A DNA stretch of 64,000 bases from an uncultured Bacillota bacterium (lineage in GTDB: Bacteria > Bacillota > Clostridia > Christensenellales > UBA1242). The stretch is taken from NCBI GenBank assembly GCA_900544595.1, contig UQVQ01000002.1, forward strand, positions 75,690-139,689, written 5' to 3'. Shown piece after piece: positions 1 through 10,355 of this stretch. Positions within the stretch are counted from its first letter, which is position 1. Each line of letters opens with the position of its first letter. Position numbers and translations under genes: made by a program. The notes below the pieces were generated by a model that had not been told where the DNA came from, did not search any database, and saw nothing but the letters and a program-made list of their open reading frames with translations.

Positions 1-281
1 GCGCAGCCCGCAAAATATTTGTCAATGTCGCTTGTTATGTTGTGGAATGTTTCAATAACATTTGCCGAAGTTATTGTTTGAAATTCGCCTTTTGAAACAA
101 CATCAAAATCGGCAAAACAAAAGATTTCTTTTGCTGGCTTAAGTTTTGCGTTTGGTTTTTTAACGCCAACAAGTTTTGCATAAACAATTCCCTTTTCAAG
201 CGTGAAAAGAGTTAGGAGTTTATCTGCTTCTTTGAAGTCCTTTGCCGAAATAACAATTCCTTTAAGCCTTTCTTCTGCCAT
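1..281 (-). CDS. recO: DNA repair protein RecO, N-terminal part (gene runs off the left edge)
   Basis: ATG at 279-281. My translation is MAEERLKGIVISAKDFKEADKLLTLFTLEKGIVYAKLVGVKKPNAKLKPAKEIF..., which fits the RecO N-terminal OB-fold pattern (GIVLR..DYGE.DKI.TL.T...G......G.RK..S). It is absent from the ORF track because there is no stop in the window. Confidence 0.7.
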   Translation of the reverse strand, partial: MAEERLKGIVISAKDFKEADKLLTLFTLEKGIVYAKLVGVKKPNAKLKPAKEIFCFADFDVVSKGEFQTITSANVIETFHNITSDIDKYFAGC

Positions 282-316
282 ATAATTATATTATACCACT
301 TTCTTTTATTTCGAGC

Positions 317-349
317 AAAAAAAACAAAGCAACGCTTGCTTTGTTTTTA
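317..349. terminator. Rho-independent terminator hairpin (bidirectional look)
   Basis: Stem ACAAAGCAA / TTGCTTTGT (324-344), flanked by an A-run and a T-run, just downstream of the 363..557 minus-strand ORF. Confidence 0.6.
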
Positions 350-362
350 TATTTAATTTATT

Positions 363-557
363 TTACATTGAATAGTCTTCGCTTGAATATGTCTGAATTT
401 GATTAAGTTTTTCGGTTCTTGCTTGAACATAGGCATGATATGCACTAATTGCTTTCATAGGGTTTGACGAAAGAGTTGCAGAAATAAAAGCATTCCAAGC
501 CCTTTCGGATTTTGGGCAAACATTATATGGCATTTCATAAATTGAATTGTATTTCAT
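363..557 (-). CDS. Small hypothetical protein (64 aa)
   Basis: ORF preceded by a GGAGGGG Shine-Dalgarno and followed by a terminator. No recognisable family. Confidence 0.4.
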   Translation of the reverse strand: MKYNSIYEMPYNVCPKSERAWNAFISATLSSNPMKAISAYHAYVQARTEKLNQIQTYSSEDYSM

Positions 558-786
558 ATCCCCTCCAAAAGCATTTCATTCCTTCCTTTATCTTATGATT
601 TTGTTAATTCAATTATACACTTTGAAAATTAAATTTGTAAAACTTTTACCGTGTTTTTTTGTTAATTTTTAAAAGTTTGGTGGCTTTAACCAATTTTTTA
701 AAGCTTAAATTATAATATAAACTTACAAAATATTAAGCGCTTTCCCGCGCCAATTGGGAAAGGGAGAATTTGTTTTTCTCATTATA

Positions 787-1767
787 TTATATGCTTTGAA
801 ATGTTAAAACTGCTAATGCAACGCTTGCGCCAACAATTGGGTTGTTTCCCATTCCAATAAATCCCATCATATCAACATGGGCGGGAACGGACGAACTTCC
901 TGCAAACTGTGCGTCGCAGTGCATTCTTCCCAACGTGTCGGTAAGCCCATAACTTGCAGGGCCCGCAGCAACGTTGTCTGGGTGGAGCGTTCTTCCTGTT
1001 CCCCCGCCAGAAGCAACCGAGAAATATTTTTTGCCATGGTCAACGCACCATTTTTTGTAGGTTCCGGCAACTGGATGTTGGAAGCGAACAGGGTTTGTTG
1101 AATTCCCAGTTATTGAAACGTCAACGCCTTCGTGAATCATGATTGCAACACCTTCGTTAACATCGTATGCGCCATAAATTTTAACATTTTTGCTTTCTCC
1201 GTTTGAAAATGATTTTTCTTCCAAAACGTGAAGTTCTCCTGTTTTTTGGTCATATTTTGTGTTAACATACGTGAACCCTTTAATTCGCGCAATGATGTAG
1301 GCAGCATCTTTTCCAAGCCCGTTTAAAATAACTTTTAAAGGTGTTTTCCTAACATTATTTGCTTTTCGAACAATTCCCATTGCCCCTTCGGCTGCTGCAA
1401 AACTTTCATGCCCAGCAAGGAAGCAAAAACATTTTGTGTTTTCGCTTAAAAGCATTTTTGCAAGGTTTCCATGCCCAATTCCAATTTGGCGCCTGTCGGC
1501 AACAGAACCGGGAGCACAAAATGCTTGCAAACCTTCGCCAATTGAATCGCAAATTGAATCCAGGTTTTTTTCATTGTTCTTAATTGCAATTGCAACGCCA
1601 AGAGTGTATGCCAAAACTGCGTTTTCAAAGGCAATTGGTTGAATTCCTTTAACAACTGACTCAACATCTATTCCTTTTGAAAGGCAAATTTCCTTTGCTT
1701 CGTTAAGGCTTGCAATACCGTGTTTTTTCAAACATTTGTTAATGTTTTCTGTTCTAAGTTCGTCCAT
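787..1767 (-). CDS. GGGtGRT family protein
   Basis: Contains the eponymous SGGGTGRTLHP motif plus a conserved C-terminal AGSSSVPAHVDMMGFIGMGNNPIVGA segment. Confidence 0.85.
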   Translation of the reverse strand: MDELRTENINKCLKKHGIASLNEAKEICLSKGIDVESVVKGIQPIAFENAVLAYTLGVAIAIKNNEKNLDSICDSIGEGLQAFCAPGSVADRRQIGIGHGNLAKMLLSENTKCFCFLAGHESFAAAEGAMGIVRKANNVRKTPLKVILNGLGKDAAYIIARIKGFTYVNTKYDQKTGELHVLEEKSFSNGESKNVKIYGAYDVNEGVAIMIHEGVDVSITGNSTNPVRFQHPVAGTYKKWCVDHGKKYFSVASGGGTGRTLHPDNVAAGPASYGLTDTLGRMHCDAQFAGSSSVPAHVDMMGFIGMGNNPIVGASVALAVLTFQSI

Positions 1768-1778
1768 CTTTCGCCTCC

Positions 1779-2453
1779 CTATTGCTTTCTTGGGTTAATA
1801 ACTTTAACCGCTTCGCCAAATCTTCCATAGGTTTTAGTGCTGTCCTTAATTGCCTCTTTTGGATCTGTTCCGTTTTCCAAAAGTTTCATAAGTTTTCCAA
1901 GCGAAACATATTCATAGCCAATAATTTCGCCGTTTTCGTCCAACCCTTCTTTTGTTATATATCCTTCGGTTAAATTAAGATAGCGCGTTCCAAAGATATC
2001 GTTTGAATAGATTGTTCCAACTTGGCTAACCTTGTTCCCTCCAAGATCTTCCATTGCCGAACCAACTTCAAGCCCGCCTTCGCTGAAAGCGGATTGGCTT
2101 CGGCCATAAACAAGTTGCAAAAAAACTTTTTTCATTGCGTCGTTAATTGCGTCGCAAACAAGATCGGTATTAAGCGCTTCCAAAAGCGTTTTCCCAATCA
2201 AAATTTCGCCTGCCATTGCTGCGGAATGAGTCATCCCGCTGCAACCGATTGTTTCAACAAGTGCTTCGCGAATTATTCCATTTTTAACATTGATTGTAAG
2301 CTTGCATGCTCCTTGCTGAGGCGCGCAAGTTCCAACGCCGTGGGAAAACCCGCTTACGTCCTCAATTTTTTTTGACGAAACCCATGTTCCTTCTTCTGGA
2401 ATTGGCGAAGATCCATAGGAATTTAAATTTTTAACTTTGCACATTTCGTCCAT
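1779..2453 (-). CDS. NifU/IscU-like iron-sulfur cluster scaffold-type protein
   Basis: Cys-containing IscU-like core (GTCAPQQGACKL ... ETIGCSGMTHSAAMAGE). Sits 11 nt upstream of the GGGtGRT gene, a pairing commonly seen. Confidence 0.65.
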   Translation of the reverse strand: MDEMCKVKNLNSYGSSPIPEEGTWVSSKKIEDVSGFSHGVGTCAPQQGACKLTINVKNGIIREALVETIGCSGMTHSAAMAGEILIGKTLLEALNTDLVCDAINDAMKKVFLQLVYGRSQSAFSEGGLEVGSAMEDLGGNKVSQVGTIYSNDIFGTRYLNLTEGYITKEGLDENGEIIGYEYVSLGKLMKLLENGTDPKEAIKDSTKTYGRFGEAVKVINPRKQ

Positions 2454-2651
2454 ATTATCTCCTTATTGTTATTTTAACAAAATTGAATGTTTTTACAAAC
2501 AAAAAGAAAAAGAATGTTAAAAAAATATTTAAAGAAACTTTTTCCAAAAAAATTCAACAAAAATATAAATTTTTAATACTTTTTTAAAATTTTTAAACAT
2601 TTTTTAAATAAATTATATTAAATTCAACATTTTTTGTGATAAAATAAAAAT

Positions 2652-3410
2652 ATGAGAATTTTGTTAACAATTTCATATAACGGCAAAAATTATGTTGGCT
2701 GGCAAAAACAAAAAAACGGGAAAAGCGTTCAAGAAACAATTGAAGGCGCGCTTTCCTTTTTGCTTGACCAAAACATTGAAATTTGCGGAAGCGGAAGAAC
2801 CGACGCAAAAGTTCATGCTCTCGGCCAAACAGCAAGTTTCGACGCAACAAGCGAGAGATTTCAAAAAAACTTTTGCAACAAAAATTGTTTAAACTCTAAA
2901 AAACTTATTGCCGCTTTAAACGCAAACCTACCTTTCGACATTAAAGTTACTGGCGCAAAAAAAGTTTCGCCGTTATTCCACGCAAGGTTTAATGTTAAAC
3001 AAAAAAGATATCTTTATCGACTTTCTTGGGAAGAAACACCCTTCAACCAAGGTTATGTTGGAATTGTTAAAGAAAAGCCAAACGTGAAAAAAATTGAAAA
3101 CGCTGCAAGGTTTTTAATTGGTGAGCACGATTTTTCTTCTTTTTGCAGCGCAAAGGCAGAAATAAAAGATTTTGTTCGAACAATTTTTAAGATTAGGTTA
3201 ACAAAAAAACATAACGAGCTTGATTTTGAAATTTGCGGAAATGGTTTTTTATATAATATGGTTCGAATTATTGTTGGAACTCTTTATGAGGTTGGAACTG
3301 GAAAACGAACGGCGGAAAGCATTTGCGAAATTTTGGACGCAAAAGACAGAACAAAAGCAGGGAAAACAGCCCCAGCGGAAGGACTTTATTTAAAGGGGGT
3401 TAAATACTAA
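2652..3410 (+). CDS. truA: tRNA pseudouridine(38-40) synthase TruA
   Basis: MRILLTISYNGKNYVGWQKQ ... GSGRTDAKVHALGQ catalytic-Asp motif; 252 aa, typical length. Confidence 0.9.
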   Translation: MRILLTISYNGKNYVGWQKQKNGKSVQETIEGALSFLLDQNIEICGSGRTDAKVHALGQTASFDATSERFQKNFCNKNCLNSKKLIAALNANLPFDIKVTGAKKVSPLFHARFNVKQKRYLYRLSWEETPFNQGYVGIVKEKPNVKKIENAARFLIGEHDFSSFCSAKAEIKDFVRTIFKIRLTKKHNELDFEICGNGFLYNMVRIIVGTLYEVGTGKRTAESICEILDAKDRTKAGKTAPAEGLYLKGVKY

Positions 3411-3598
3411 TGAACGAACACGACATTTTTAAAAGATATGAAAACGACGAAGATTTTAAGATGTGCGACCTTTCAAGCGCCGATCTTCAAGAGATTTTTG
3501 AAGAGAACGCCAAATCTTCAAAAAATTTTAAAGACAAATATTTCGATTTTTATGACGACATTAAATCCCACACAAAATCCGAGCCTCAAGATTGGTAG
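3410..3598 (+). CDS. Small acidic hypothetical protein (62 aa)
   Basis: ORF overlaps the truA stop (TAATG) and is followed by a terminator. No family recognised. Confidence 0.35.
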   Translation: MNEHDIFKRYENDEDFKMCDLSSADLQEIFEENAKSSKNFKDKYFDFYDDIKSHTKSEPQDW

Positions 3599-3683
3599 GG
3601 AAAAATATAAAAGTTTTTTAAGTTAAATTCAAAATTTAACAAATTAAAATATGGACATATTTTCATATGTTTAAGGAATAAAA

Positions 3684-3709
3684 AAGAACGCGTTTTTGCG
3701 TTCTTTTTT
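3684..3709. terminator. Bidirectional rho-independent terminator between convergent genes
   Basis: Stem AAGAACGC / GCGTTCTT with flanking A- and T-runs, between the 3410..3598 (+) ORF and rpsI (-). Confidence 0.7.
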
Positions 3710-3736
3710 GATTTTGAAAATTCCAGTTTCGTAAAA

Positions 3737-4171
3737 TTATCTCTTGCTGAATTGTGGAGCTTTTCTAGCCTTTTTAAGACCATATTTCTTTCTTTCTTTC
3801 ATTCTTGAATCTCTTGTTAAGAAACCAGCTTTTTTAAGTTCTGGGCGAAGGTTTTCTTCTGCCTTAATAAGAGCTCTTGAAATTCCGTGGCGAATTGCGC
3901 CTGCTTGACCTGTGAATCCACCGCCAACAACATTAACTTGAACGTCATATTTTGTTTCGTTTCCTGTTAATGCTAATGGTTGACGAACGATGTATTTTAA
4001 AGTGTCAAGGCTAAAATATTCATCAATGTCTTTCTTATTGATTGTTATAACGCCGTTTCCGTTTGGAATTAAACGAACTCTAGCAATTGCTTTTTTTCTT
4101 CTTCCTGTTCCAAGATAAGCATTTGTTTTTGCTTTTAATGTTGGTTTAACAGTTTTCTTTGCTTCTGCCAT
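3737..4171 (-). CDS. rpsI: 30S ribosomal protein S9
   Basis: [14 protein letters not shown] ... C-terminal [12 protein letters not shown]; 144 aa. Confidence 0.95.
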   Translation of the reverse strand: MAEAKKTVKPTLKAKTNAYLGTGRRKKAIARVRLIPNGNGVITINKKDIDEYFSLDTLKYIVRQPLALTGNETKYDVQVNVVGGGFTGQAGAIRHGISRALIKAEENLRPELKKAGFLTRDSRMKERKKYGLKKARKAPQFSKR

Positions 4172-4172
4172 A

Positions 4173-4616
4173 TTAGTTTCTTCCTCCCTTAAGTGTTATA
4201 AGTTCTGGTTGTTGTGCCTCATGTGGGTGCTCTGCGCCTTTATAGATTTTAACTTTTCTTGCCATGTCGCGTCCAAGAGCATTTTTTGGAAGCATTCCTT
4301 TGATTGCACGAAGAAGAGCAACATCAGATTTTTCTTCCATCATTTTCTTGAATTGAGTTTCTTTAAGACCACCTTGGTAGCCAGAATAAGTTTTAAAATA
4401 TTTTTGTGTTAATTTTTTTCCTGTTAAAACTGCTTTATCGGAATTGATAACAATAACATAATCGCCTGTGTCAACGTTTGGAGTGAAAGTTGGTTTGTTC
4501 TTTCCTCTTAAAATTGCAGCAACTTGGCTTGCAAGACGACCAAAAGGCATTCCATTTGCATCAACTAAATACCATTTTCTTTCAACAGTTTCAGGATTTG
4601 CCATATAGGTTTTCAT
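4173..4616 (-). CDS. rplM: 50S ribosomal protein L13
   Basis: RKWYLVDA ... LGRLAS.VA.ILRGK ... typical L13; 1-nt gap to rpsI. Confidence 0.95.
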   Translation of the reverse strand: MKTYMANPETVERKWYLVDANGMPFGRLASQVAAILRGKNKPTFTPNVDTGDYVIVINSDKAVLTGKKLTQKYFKTYSGYQGGLKETQFKKMMEEKSDVALLRAIKGMLPKNALGRDMARKVKIYKGAEHPHEAQQPELITLKGGRN

Positions 4617-4757
4617 TGATTTTTCTCCTTAAAATTTTAATCCGCTTTGAAAAGTGTTCGCGCAAATTCCAAAACTTCCTAAATTTGTGGTTCAAATTTT
4701 TTGCAAAGGGGCTAGCAATGCAAAGAAAAAGAACGCCCAAAGACTTAGACAATCAAT

Positions 4758-4786
4758 AATATAGCCCATTTAACAAACTTTGTCAA
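4758..4786 (-). promoter_or_regulatory. Sigma-A type promoter of rplM-rpsI, giving a ~140-nt leader
   Basis: On the minus strand: TTGACA (4781-4786), 17-nt spacer, TATATT (4758-4763). Confidence 0.5.
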
Positions 4787-4865
4787 TCCTTTTTAGCAAG
4801 TTTTTAACAAAATTTTCTGTATACTTAAATCTTTGTTCGTTCGCTAAATTAAAGGAAGAATTCAT

Positions 4866-6407
4866 CTATTTTTCGCCTTCAACTTCGCTGTCTTGCTCCT
4901 CGTTGTTTTCCCCGCTTGCCCCATCATTTTCAATAAGGTTATTTTCGCTTTGACTGTTTTCGCTTTGCGCCAAAGCCGCTCTTTTTAAAACAATTTTATC
5001 TTTAATTAAATAGATAAGACGGAAACAATAATATAGCAAAACGCAAACAAGAATGAAAATCGCATAAACAATAAGTTGCAAAACAGGATAGAAAGTTGCA
5101 TATCCAATTTTAAAGTTGATGTCGAAAAGCGCTTTCGTGAATGGAATCATTTTTATTGCAACATCTGGAAGGAACATAAACAAGAAATTTGCCTCATAAA
5201 TTCCTTTTCCAGTTGCCGAAGCAATTGCGTTAAACATTGTTCCAAGCGCAAAAACAGAAAGGAAATAAATTGTGAAACCAATTAAACAATCACGAAGAGC
5301 AAACTTATCGAGCCTTGGGAAAATCCCAAATAAAAGCGCAAGAATTGGAACAATTAAAACATTGCTGTGTTCAAAAATAAAGTGCATATTATAGTAATAG
5401 AAAAAGCCTTTCCCTTCCAAATCTGGCTTTGCAATTGCAAACAGAACACCAACAACATTTATAATAACTGTGAAATTGAAAATCTTTTTATTTTTTGTTA
5501 TAAGCGAAAGAATGATTAAATAGGCTCCAAGATTGCAAAGTTGCAAGGGCAAACGTTTTATATTAAGCGAAATTGCACCAAACATTTGGTTATACTGCAT
5601 AAGAAGGGAAAGCGCAAGCACGAAAAGAACAACCATTTTAACTTCACTGCTTTGTTTTCTAAATCCAAAATAGAGCGCAGCCAAAGTTCCAAAAAGAAGG
5701 AAAATCCAAAGAAAATGAAGCCAACTATATGCGCTTAAAATAACATCTGTTTGCCCGAAAAGATATTGAGGAACATAAACGGGAATCGACGCAAGAATTA
5801 TAAGAGGCAACGCAATAAAATAGTTTCTCCATTCAATTTTATCGTTATATTTAAACAAATGATTTTCGTTTATTGCAAGAATAATTGGAATTGTTAACTG
5901 CAAAACAATTATAATCGCAAACCAAACCGCTCTAAACGCGGGATTGATTAAAAACGCACGAAAGCCCTCCGAAACAGGAAGCGAATTAAGGCCTTTTCCC
6001 GCGGCGCTTGTGAAACAATCAAGATATTGCGCAAAGCACGCAATTTGAGCAATTGTAACAGCAACGCAAAAGGTTATTGCAACATTTCGAACCGCCCTGT
6101 TTTTAAAGAAAACGGCAATTGGCAAAACAGAAAAGCAAGCCATTGAAAACCAGCGCAAAACAGCGTGTCCTTGCATAATTCCGCTTCCAAGTTTTTCTTT
6201 TGAAAGGCAAAGGTTAAATGAATCTGGAAGAAGAATGCTAAGCAGCATAATCGAACAATATATAACAACCAAAACCTTTAAAATTTTTGTTGTGACATTA
6301 TGTAATTTTTCGCTGCTCTTAAATTTCCAAAATTTAAGCAAACAGAAAAGTCCAATGAGCAGTGCCGAAACGATTGGCACAAGAATATAAAACAAAAGCG
6401 CAACCAT
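4866..6407 (-). CDS. Polytopic integral membrane protein with an acidic C-terminal tail
   Basis: 513 aa with more than 10 hydrophobic segments and a C-terminal SENSQSENN...EEQDSEVEGEK tail. Family not recognised. Confidence 0.55.
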   Translation of the reverse strand: MVALLFYILVPIVSALLIGLFCLLKFWKFKSSEKLHNVTTKILKVLVVIYCSIMLLSILLPDSFNLCLSKEKLGSGIMQGHAVLRWFSMACFSVLPIAVFFKNRAVRNVAITFCVAVTIAQIACFAQYLDCFTSAAGKGLNSLPVSEGFRAFLINPAFRAVWFAIIIVLQLTIPIILAINENHLFKYNDKIEWRNYFIALPLIILASIPVYVPQYLFGQTDVILSAYSWLHFLWIFLLFGTLAALYFGFRKQSSEVKMVVLFVLALSLLMQYNQMFGAISLNIKRLPLQLCNLGAYLIILSLITKNKKIFNFTVIINVVGVLFAIAKPDLEGKGFFYYYNMHFIFEHSNVLIVPILALLFGIFPRLDKFALRDCLIGFTIYFLSVFALGTMFNAIASATGKGIYEANFLFMFLPDVAIKMIPFTKALFDINFKIGYATFYPVLQLIVYAIFILVCVLLYYCFRLIYLIKDKIVLKRAALAQSENSQSENNLIENDGASGENNEEQDSEVEGEK

Positions 6408-6498
6408 CTTATTTCCTTTTTTGTTTAATGTATCACAAAACTTGCCAAATTCAAAATAATGTTAAAACCCTATGCTTTTAAAGGCGCGTTTTGAACAA

Positions 6499-6524
6499 TA
6501 AAAAAACTCGCAACTAAGGCGAGT
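6499..6524 (-). terminator. Rho-independent terminator
   Basis: Stem ACTCGC / GCGAGT (6506-6524) followed by a T-run on the minus strand, downstream of 6543..6794. Confidence 0.6.
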
Positions 6525-6542
6525 TTAAATTTAGTTTGATAA

Positions 6543-6794
6543 TTATTCAAAAATCATTATAATTAAAGCAACAAGAAGCATAACAAGCCCTAAAGCCTTA
6601 AGAGTTATGTATAACTTGTTATCGTTGTCAACAGGTTTCGATTTGTCTTTTCTTGCAACCATAGCAATTCGCTTTGCAAGCAAAATAATTGCAAAGCCAA
6701 GAATTGCCAAGATTAACCCTGTTATAACATGTGGCTTTTGAATTCTATCAATTAAACTTGTAAGATCAAGAGCGAGTAACGAAAAATTTAACAT
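6543..6794 (-). CDS. Small membrane protein (83 aa, two TM segments)
   Basis: Two hydrophobic helices separated by a basic loop; terminator downstream. Confidence 0.45.
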   Translation of the reverse strand: MLNFSLLALDLTSLIDRIQKPHVITGLILAILGFAIILLAKRIAMVARKDKSKPVDNDNKLYITLKALGLVMLLVALIIMIFE

Positions 6795-6881
6795 AATTTC
6801 ATCTCCTAACTTAAAATCTAGTTTATTTTAGCACAAAGATTATAAAAAGACAATACCTTTTCGAAAGAAAACTTGGAACTA

Positions 6882-8408
6882 ATGAAAAAAATTATAAATT
6901 TTCGACCACTTTTCTATTGTTTTCTTGCTCTTTTTGGAGCAATTCTTTTTGCAAAGCACATTTTCCTTTCAAATTGGGTTGTTATTGCAGTTTTCTTTTT
7001 AATTATCTTTACAATTGTCACAACCTGCTTTTTAAGGAAAAAATTAAAAATTCTTGTTGCAATTTTGGCTTTCATTTTCCTTGGATTAGGTCTTTATGGC
7101 CTTGAAATGAGTTTCTTTTCTCAGCCAAAAATTCCAAATGGATCAACTCTTTATGGTCGCGTTGAAAATGTTTCAACCTACGATGAAATGCAATACATAA
7201 TTTTGAAAGATGTTAAGGTTAACAACAAGCCCCTTTCAAAAAATGTTCGCCTAAAACTTTATGGTGCACCATATCTTTCCGACGGCGACGAAATTTTGCT
7301 TGAAGCAAACTTTTTAAGTGTTTCTGGGCTTAATAAAGACGGCAGCGTTAACAGTTCGCTATATAAAAACGGGTGCTACTATACGGCAACAAAAATTTCA
7401 CGAAGCAACGTTGAAATTCTTGGAAACACAAAAACATTAAGCCAAAAGTTTCGATCTGCAGTTAAAGAAAAACTCTTAAAGCATATGAGCGAAGAGAATG
7501 CAAACATAACCTATGCAATGCTTTTTGGCGACAAAAGCGGAATTGACAACGAAACAAGAAACGATTTCCAAATTAGCGGAATTGCTCATATTCTTGCTGT
7601 TTCAGGTTTACATGTTGGGCTTGTTGCGGGGCTTCTGGCTTGGATTTTAAAAAAATGCCACGCGAAAAATTGGCTTAACTTAATAATCACTTCCGCGGTT
7701 TTAATTTTCTACTGCTATCTTTGCAGTTTTTCGCCTTCGGTTGTTAGAGCAACAATAATGTCAATTTGCCTTTTGCTTGCAAACTGCCTTGGAAGAAGAT
7801 ATGACAGTCTAAGTGCAATTGGTTTTTCAGGCTTACTTCTTTTGCTTGTTCGCCCTCTTTATGCCTTTGACATTGGTTTTCAATTAAGCTTTGGGTGCGT
7901 TATAGGAATAGCAATTTTCTATCGAAGCGTCTACTCCTTCCTTAGAAAGCCAATTAAAAAATTTATTCTCCCAAACTGGATTGCAAAACCGGTTTCTGTT
8001 TCAATTTCTTCTCAATTTTTGATTTTACCTGTTTTGATTAACTATTTCGACGGAGTTTCTTTCCTGTCGCTTTTTGCAAACTTAATTATTGTTCCAATTT
8101 TCACGGTTGCGTTCACGGCTGCTTTCGTTGCAACGCCTCTTGTTTTTATTTGGAGCGGATTTGGAAACATTTTCTGGTTCTCAAATCTTCTTCTAACATC
8201 TATTAAAACAATTGCAAGTTGGGTTGCAAGCCAAACATGGTCGATAATTCCACATTTTAAATTTGCATTTGCCGCATTTGTTAATTTCTTTGCTCTTATG
8301 TTTGTTTCAAGCAGGTTGTTTTTTGCACGGCGAAAAGCAAAACTTTTAACCTGCTTAATTCTCGTTTGCTCAACAGTTTTAACAATTGGCCTTTTGCAAT
8401 TAACCTAA
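6882..8408 (+). CDS. comEC: ComEC/Rec2 family competence channel protein (no beta-lactamase domain)
   Basis: ISGIAHILAVSGLHVGLV competence-domain motif; many TM helices. ATG at 6882 preferred over the TTG at 6873. Confidence 0.85.
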   Translation: MKKIINFRPLFYCFLALFGAILFAKHIFLSNWVVIAVFFLIIFTIVTTCFLRKKLKILVAILAFIFLGLGLYGLEMSFFSQPKIPNGSTLYGRVENVSTYDEMQYIILKDVKVNNKPLSKNVRLKLYGAPYLSDGDEILLEANFLSVSGLNKDGSVNSSLYKNGCYYTATKISRSNVEILGNTKTLSQKFRSAVKEKLLKHMSEENANITYAMLFGDKSGIDNETRNDFQISGIAHILAVSGLHVGLVAGLLAWILKKCHAKNWLNLIITSAVLIFYCYLCSFSPSVVRATIMSICLLLANCLGRRYDSLSAIGFSGLLLLLVRPLYAFDIGFQLSFGCVIGIAIFYRSVYSFLRKPIKKFILPNWIAKPVSVSISSQFLILPVLINYFDGVSFLSLFANLIIVPIFTVAFTAAFVATPLVFIWSGFGNIFWFSNLLLTSIKTIASWVASQTWSIIPHFKFAFAAFVNFFALMFVSSRLFFARRKAKLLTCLILVCSTVLTIGLLQLT

Positions 8409-8438
8409 AAATGTGTAATAATAGAAAAGGAGAAAAGT

Positions 8439-9389
8439 ATGAAATTTATTGAACTTCCACAAAAACTTAAACAACAAGTGCTCCCCCTCTACATTCTAAA
8501 AGGAGATGACGAATTTGTTATTGCAAGCGCAATTAAGCACATTTCAAACGCTTGCGGAAACGAAATGAGCGATTTTAACAAAACCTATTTCGATAGCGAA
8601 AATTTTTCGGCTCAAAAGGTTCAAGAAGCAATTGAAATGCTCCCTCTTGGAACCGACAGAAAATTCGTTTTAATTCGCTCTGTTGGAAAACTTTCCGAAA
8701 CGGACAAGAAAAATCTTTCCGCTTCTCTTTCGTCAATTCCCCCTTCAACAACTGTCGTGATTATAAACAGCGAAGCTTGGAAATTTTTAAAGGTTGGCGA
8801 AATTGTTGATTGCGGCAAACTCGGACAAGACATTTTGGAAAAATATATCCGTGTTGAACTTAACAAGAAAAATCAAAAAATAACACCCGATGCCCTTAAA
8901 GCGCTTGTTGAAATTTGCAGTTACGACATGACAAAAATTTCTTGTGAACTTAAAAAGGTTTCGGCATATTGCGAAGATGAAATTGGGCAAAACGATGTTA
9001 AAGCGCTTGTTGAGCCAGACTATGAATATCAAATTTTTGAACTTAGCGAAAGTCTTGGGAACAAGAATGCATCGAAAAGTTTAATGCTCCTTTCCTCATT
9101 TTTACAAAAGAAACAACCTGTTCAAGTTTTGTTTTCTTTAATTGCAAACCATTTCCGTCGAATTGCCCACGCAAGTTTCTCATCTCTTTCAAACAGCGAA
9201 CTTGCGAACCTCCTTGGCGTTAAGGAATATGCAATTGTTAAAGCAAAAGAACAAGCAAAGTCCTATTCCAAGGCTCAACTTAAAAACATTTTGGAAGTTT
9301 TGGAGAATGTCGACAATATGGTTAAAAGCGGGAAAATGAGCGCAGAAAACGCAATTTACTACGTAGTTTTTAAAATTTTATATTGTTAA
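8439..9389 (+). CDS. holA: DNA polymerase III subunit delta
   Basis: 316 aa with an N-terminal YILKGDDEF pattern, located directly after comEC as in many Firmicutes. Confidence 0.8.
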   Translation: MKFIELPQKLKQQVLPLYILKGDDEFVIASAIKHISNACGNEMSDFNKTYFDSENFSAQKVQEAIEMLPLGTDRKFVLIRSVGKLSETDKKNLSASLSSIPPSTTVVIINSEAWKFLKVGEIVDCGKLGQDILEKYIRVELNKKNQKITPDALKALVEICSYDMTKISCELKKVSAYCEDEIGQNDVKALVEPDYEYQIFELSESLGNKNASKSLMLLSSFLQKKQPVQVLFSLIANHFRRIAHASFSSLSNSELANLLGVKEYAIVKAKEQAKSYSKAQLKNILEVLENVDNMVKSGKMSAENAIYYVVFKILYC

Positions 9390-9395
9390 ATAAAA

Positions 9396-9425
9396 AAGCA
9401 TAAGAGAAAAACTTATGCTTTTTTT
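9396..9425. terminator. Bidirectional terminator between holA and the patatin-like gene
   Basis: Stem AAGCATAAG / CTTATGCTT with A- and T-runs on both sides. Confidence 0.65.
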
Positions 9426-10320
9426 AAATTATATCAACCTCATGTTTAAATTTTTGTTTTGCTTTTTTCGAAAGTGGACGACGATTGAAAAGCTCTAAAA
9501 TTTTTGGCATATTATCAATTGCTGCGCGATAGCCTTCCTCAATCATATCGTCATAGCCTTCCATTTTTGTTGACTTAAATCGTTTTGTTTCAGGCTGAAG
9601 AACAACGTCGCCAAACTCATAGCCAGTTTCGGCATTCTTCTTCATAAGAATTCGAATTGTTGCGCCAAGAACATCAAAATATTTTGCCGATTTTGCCCCA
9701 TAATTTCGCGAAGGGTTAACATCAACAGCAACAACATAATCGCAATCGAAAAGTTTTGGAACATTTGAAGGGAGCGTGTTTTGAAGCCCCCCGTCGAAAA
9801 GCAATCGATCTTCAAATTGAACTGGTTGAAAAATTGCCGGAACGGCGCAACTTCCCGCAACAGCGCGAGCCAAATTCCCTTTTGTTATAACACATTCATT
9901 TGTTGAAAGAATGTCAACCGCAACAATTGCAAGCGGAATTTTACAATCTTCAACGTTAATGTCGCCAACGGTGTTTTTAACAATATCTTCAATTCCGTCG
10001 GTTGGCGAAGGCATAAGCGGAATTTTAGATTTCCGAATATCTTTTTCCTTAAAATTCTTTGCAACATTATACATTTGTTCAAATGTCCAATTATTTGCAT
10101 AGAATGCGCCAACAAGCGAACCCGCGCTTGTTCCCGCAACATAATCAAATTTAAGACCATATTCTTCAAATGCTTTAATTGCGCCAAGATGCGCAAACCC
10201 TCTTGCGCCGCCTCCTCCAAGAGCAAGCCCAATTTTAACTTTCTTGTGTTTTATAAGTGAAATTTTTTTATTAAACTCTTTAATCTTCTCAAACATACTT
10301 ATATTATAATCCAATTCCAA
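9424..10320 (-). CDS. Patatin-like phospholipase
   Basis: GGGGARG oxyanion motif, GTSAGS nucleophile elbow and a DGG catalytic-Asp motif. Confidence 0.85.
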   Translation of the reverse strand: MELDYNISMFEKIKEFNKKISLIKHKKVKIGLALGGGGARGFAHLGAIKAFEEYGLKFDYVAGTSAGSLVGAFYANNWTFEQMYNVAKNFKEKDIRKSKIPLMPSPTDGIEDIVKNTVGDINVEDCKIPLAIVAVDILSTNECVITKGNLARAVAGSCAVPAIFQPVQFEDRLLFDGGLQNTLPSNVPKLFDCDYVVAVDVNPSRNYGAKSAKYFDVLGATIRILMKKNAETGYEFGDVVLQPETKRFKSTKMEGYDDMIEEGYRAAIDNMPKILELFNRRPLSKKAKQKFKHEVDII

Positions 10321-10355
10321 GATTTAAAGCAACCTTTTATTGAGCAATCAAGAAC

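Noticed and set aside
867-1667. Several 60-75-aa ORFs on both strands inside the GGGtGRT gene (867..1070, 877..1101, 954..1142, 1359..1583, 1436..1642, 1446..1667).
   Set aside because: They are fully nested in or antisense to a well-supported 326-aa gene, have no RBS, and have odd composition. The same reasoning applies to the many short antisense ORFs inside rnr, pnp, prfA, glnS, polA, tet and GmrSD.
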